Source of the DNA: Macrostomum lignano
Taxonomy: Eukaryota
Length of the DNA: 38,466 bases
Assembly (NCBI GenBank): GCA_002269645.1
Contig: NIVC01004672.1
Span: 1-38,466 of the forward strand
Direction: 5' to 3'
Shown: in pieces, positions 35,780 to 38,466 of the stretch
Numbering within the stretch: the stretch's first letter is position 1
Layout of the letters: each line of letters starts with the position of its first letter
Translations under genes and position numbers: made by a program
The notes under the pieces: model-generated
Told to the model about the DNA's origin: nothing
What the model saw: the letters and a program-made list of their open reading frames with translations, nothing else
Database searches by the model: none

Positions 35780-36977
35780 TACCATTTTACCTCCTCAAAC
35801 ACTCAAACACCTAATTCAAACACTAAGAAATAACAGCCCTTGCAGAAATTCAATTCAAGCAAAGTCCCTTTCTATTGAAATAGACAAACTTCAATTCAGA
35901 CTGTCTATGGCCAAAATTGTCCCCAAGTGACGCGCATGAGCAGATTTGAAATTCAAAAGAAACAAAGTCACATTCTATTTCGACAAAGGGATAAAACATA
36001 GCATATTGACAAACATAAGAGTAAAATGAAAAACAGGAACAAGACAGGTTCAGTTGGCCAACTTGAGACACCTAACCATCAATTGCCTGTCCACCAACGC
36101 AGCAAGGGACATATGTAAACACATGGTTAAACCACTCAGTGCATTTGTCCACAGAGATGTAGCCAATGGTTCTGTCCACCATGCTGTACAGAATGTCTCG
36201 CCAATAGGCCGCCATTGACTGATTGCCATGCTACTCAGCTATTGGAGCAATGAAATTTTGCTGGTCTGCTGCCAGTTTTCTCTTCAGAGTGTCCTTCAAA
36301 CAGGAGATTGAGTTCTCAACAGGACTCAAAAATGGACTGTATGATGGAAGCCGCTTGACCTGAATGGTGTCCGCAATCTCATAGGCTGCTTTTCCGCTCT
36401 CCCTGACCTCACAGTTGTATTCACTGTTGACCTCTTGACTCCAAGTTGGCGGGCGCGCCAGTTCCACAAGTCATCCCCATGATCAGCAGCCCTGATGATA
36501 TGGTCTGTCACTGTTGCTTAAACAATAGCTCACTGCCGAGGCTGCTTTTCCATGATATCTTCATCGAATTCTGCTTCAAATTCATTGATTCTATCTTCTT
36601 CTAGCAATTCATCCTCTTATTCAATCTGATCTTCAGCATTCATATTGTTTCTTATTGCGCAACAATTGTATAGTATGCAGTACAGGAAAAACAAAAAAGT
36701 TAGATTAATGTACTAAAATGTACTTGTACCTATGTGCAAAAATCTCTGTCAAAATAGAAGGTGACTCTGTTTCTTTTGAATTTCAAATCTGCGCATGAGT
36801 GTCATTCGGGGACAATTTTGGCCATAGACAGTCTGAATTTAAGTTTTTCTGTTTCAATAGAAAGGGACTTTGTTTGAATTGAATTTCCGCAAGGGCTGAT
36901 ATTTCTTAATGTTTAAATTGAAGTTCTGCTTGTTTCTTTTGAACAAGACTTTGTTCAAAATATGAGGTAAAATGTTG
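35780..36977 (-). mobile_element. Internally deleted Tc1/IS630-like DNA transposon, about 1.2 kb
   Basis: About 190-bp inverted repeats (~35810-35995 and ~36740-36925). Outer CATTTTACCTC inverted motifs are flanked by TA. The decayed transposase has HTH-like IIRAADHGDD...ARQLGVKRSTVNTTVRSGR fused to LPSYSPFLSPVENSISCLKDTLKRKL...KCTEWFNHVFTYVP. Confidence 0.8.
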
Positions 36978-38107
36978 TAGTAAGTTTAACTGTTTAATCA
37001 ATATGTCAGACAATTTCAAACAAAAATAGTGTACTACAAGAGCAATTACAAATATGCAGAGCAAAAAACTAAGTTTCTAATAAACATGTTTACTTATTTG
37101 ATGAGTTACTACTAGTAATAATAAGACTTGTGATTCTTATATACGTTAATAAATGATGAGGTAAGTTTTGATAGATTTACACTAATAAAGTTGTGCAATT
37201 GATTTCTTAGCAAGGCAGAGTAATTAAGGCAAACTTCCTAAAATGTATAGAGGTTTTAAACAAAGATTTTTATAGGCAAAATGGCTAATGAATTCAATGT
37301 TTATACAAAAAGAATGCTATTAAGTATTAATGAGGCAAAGATGATTAAGGCTAAGACATGATATATGCAAAAATATATTGACATTTTTTTATTTTTACAT
37401 GAACAATCTAAATAAATATATAAATAAAACTAAATTACTTTTTTATTATTTAAATAAAGTATATTTTGCTATTTAAATAATATATTTTGCTATTTAAATA
37501 ATATATTATATGCCTACTTTTAGTAGACCTATCAAATAATTTACTTTATTGGTTAAATATATCAACAAGTTATGCTTCAAGTCATACATGTGCAACCCTT
37601 GATTTACACTGCTATAAAGCTTACTTTTTGACCAGAAATGTGGTTACCTAGAAAAGAAACCTAAGCAAAATTAATTTAATTTTGGTAAAACAATAGGAAT
37701 AACTATAGTAATATGAAGGCCAATTGCCTCATTATCTAATTATTACTAAGGCTCACTGAGGGCATTGCTGAGATGCCAAGGCTCACTGGGGGTATTGTTG
37801 AGATGCACAGGCAGCAGGCTTAAAAAGGAGTTGTTGAGATTCTGTTACTCAGATAGGAAATGCTATTAATCTCAATAATCTCTTAAGAAACTAAAAAAAT
37901 ATTGACCATGCAAGGCTTTCTATGTGTAGTTATAGAATTTTTTATTCCCTCCCAGTATGGCTAGTTCAATCACTTTAAACCTATGTTACCCGTTCACTGC
38001 GTAAAAATTATCAAGGCTTAGCAGACATGTCAACTGCTTATGCAATGAATTAAAATATGAAAACTTATTGCATGCTTAAAACAGCGGTTTAATCGCGGCG
38101 CACTGAC

Positions 38108-38296
38108 ATGGCCAAGTCCAAGAACCACACCAATCACAACCAGAACCGCAAGCACCACCGCAATGGCATTTACCGGCCAAAGAAGCAGCGCTATCCCTCT
38201 CTGAAGGGCGTCGATCCGAAGTTCCTGAGGAACATGCGCTTCGCTAAGAAGCACAATAAGAACAGCTCGGCTGGCGCGGTCAAGGATAAGAAATAG
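38108..38296 (+). CDS. RPL29: 60S ribosomal protein L29 (eL29)
   Basis: [21 protein letters not shown]...[23 protein letters not shown] is the conserved eL29 sequence; uninterrupted CDS; AG acceptor-like site about 25 nt upstream. Confidence 0.97.
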   Translation: MAKSKNHTNHNQNRKHHRNGIYRPKKQRYPSLKGVDPKFLRNMRFAKKHNKNSSAGAVKDKK

Positions 38297-38466
38297 ATGG
38301 CTTGGACTGGATGCCGTGCCATTTGCCTGGCATCACGGACTTGAGGCTCGCTTGACTTTAATGTGTCATGAAATATACTTGAATTGGCATCCAGAGGTTT
38401 AACTAAACCCTGCGTGCATGGCTTGATTAGCTTGACCTTGGAAACAAAAAAATCGTATCTTCACTT

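Noticed and set aside
36231-36467. Bacterial IS630 contamination
   Set aside because: Long inverted repeats, TA flanks and collinearity with spliceosomal-intron genes fit a eukaryotic Tc1-like element.
33905-37810. Short 2-3 copy duplications (33915-34005, 34290-34340, 37470-37510, 37750-37800)
   Set aside because: Ordinary local slippage products with no further structure.

Overview
Eukaryotic (metazoan invertebrate) genomic DNA. It has GC-rich, CpG-rich exons, GT-AG introns largely filled with intron-specific minisatellites, and scattered single-base frameshifts. That combination resembles the flatworm Macrostomum, which is an inference, not a database result. The left ~27.8 kb holds six genes: a spliced ARM-like/TIR/SAM gene (+), then on the minus strand a degenerate EF-hand-like gene, a two-C2HC-zinc-finger gene, a small single-pass membrane protein, a divergent intronless alpha-tubulin and a PHD-RING-RING protein with a long acidic tail. 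It also holds a decayed Mag-type Gypsy retrotransposon and about 15 tandem arrays covering roughly 45% of that part (estimated by eye). The right ~10 kb is AT-rich and almost CpG-free, with three DNA-transposon derivatives (two with exact 8-bp target-site duplications), and ends with RPL29. The least explained structure is a 925-bp intronic element (12451-13375). It carries 12 copies of an 18-bp motif: two direct copies at each end and four internal inverted pairs with unique loops, spaced about 145-170 bp apart. Most long ORFs in the supplied track are artefacts of tandem repeats.
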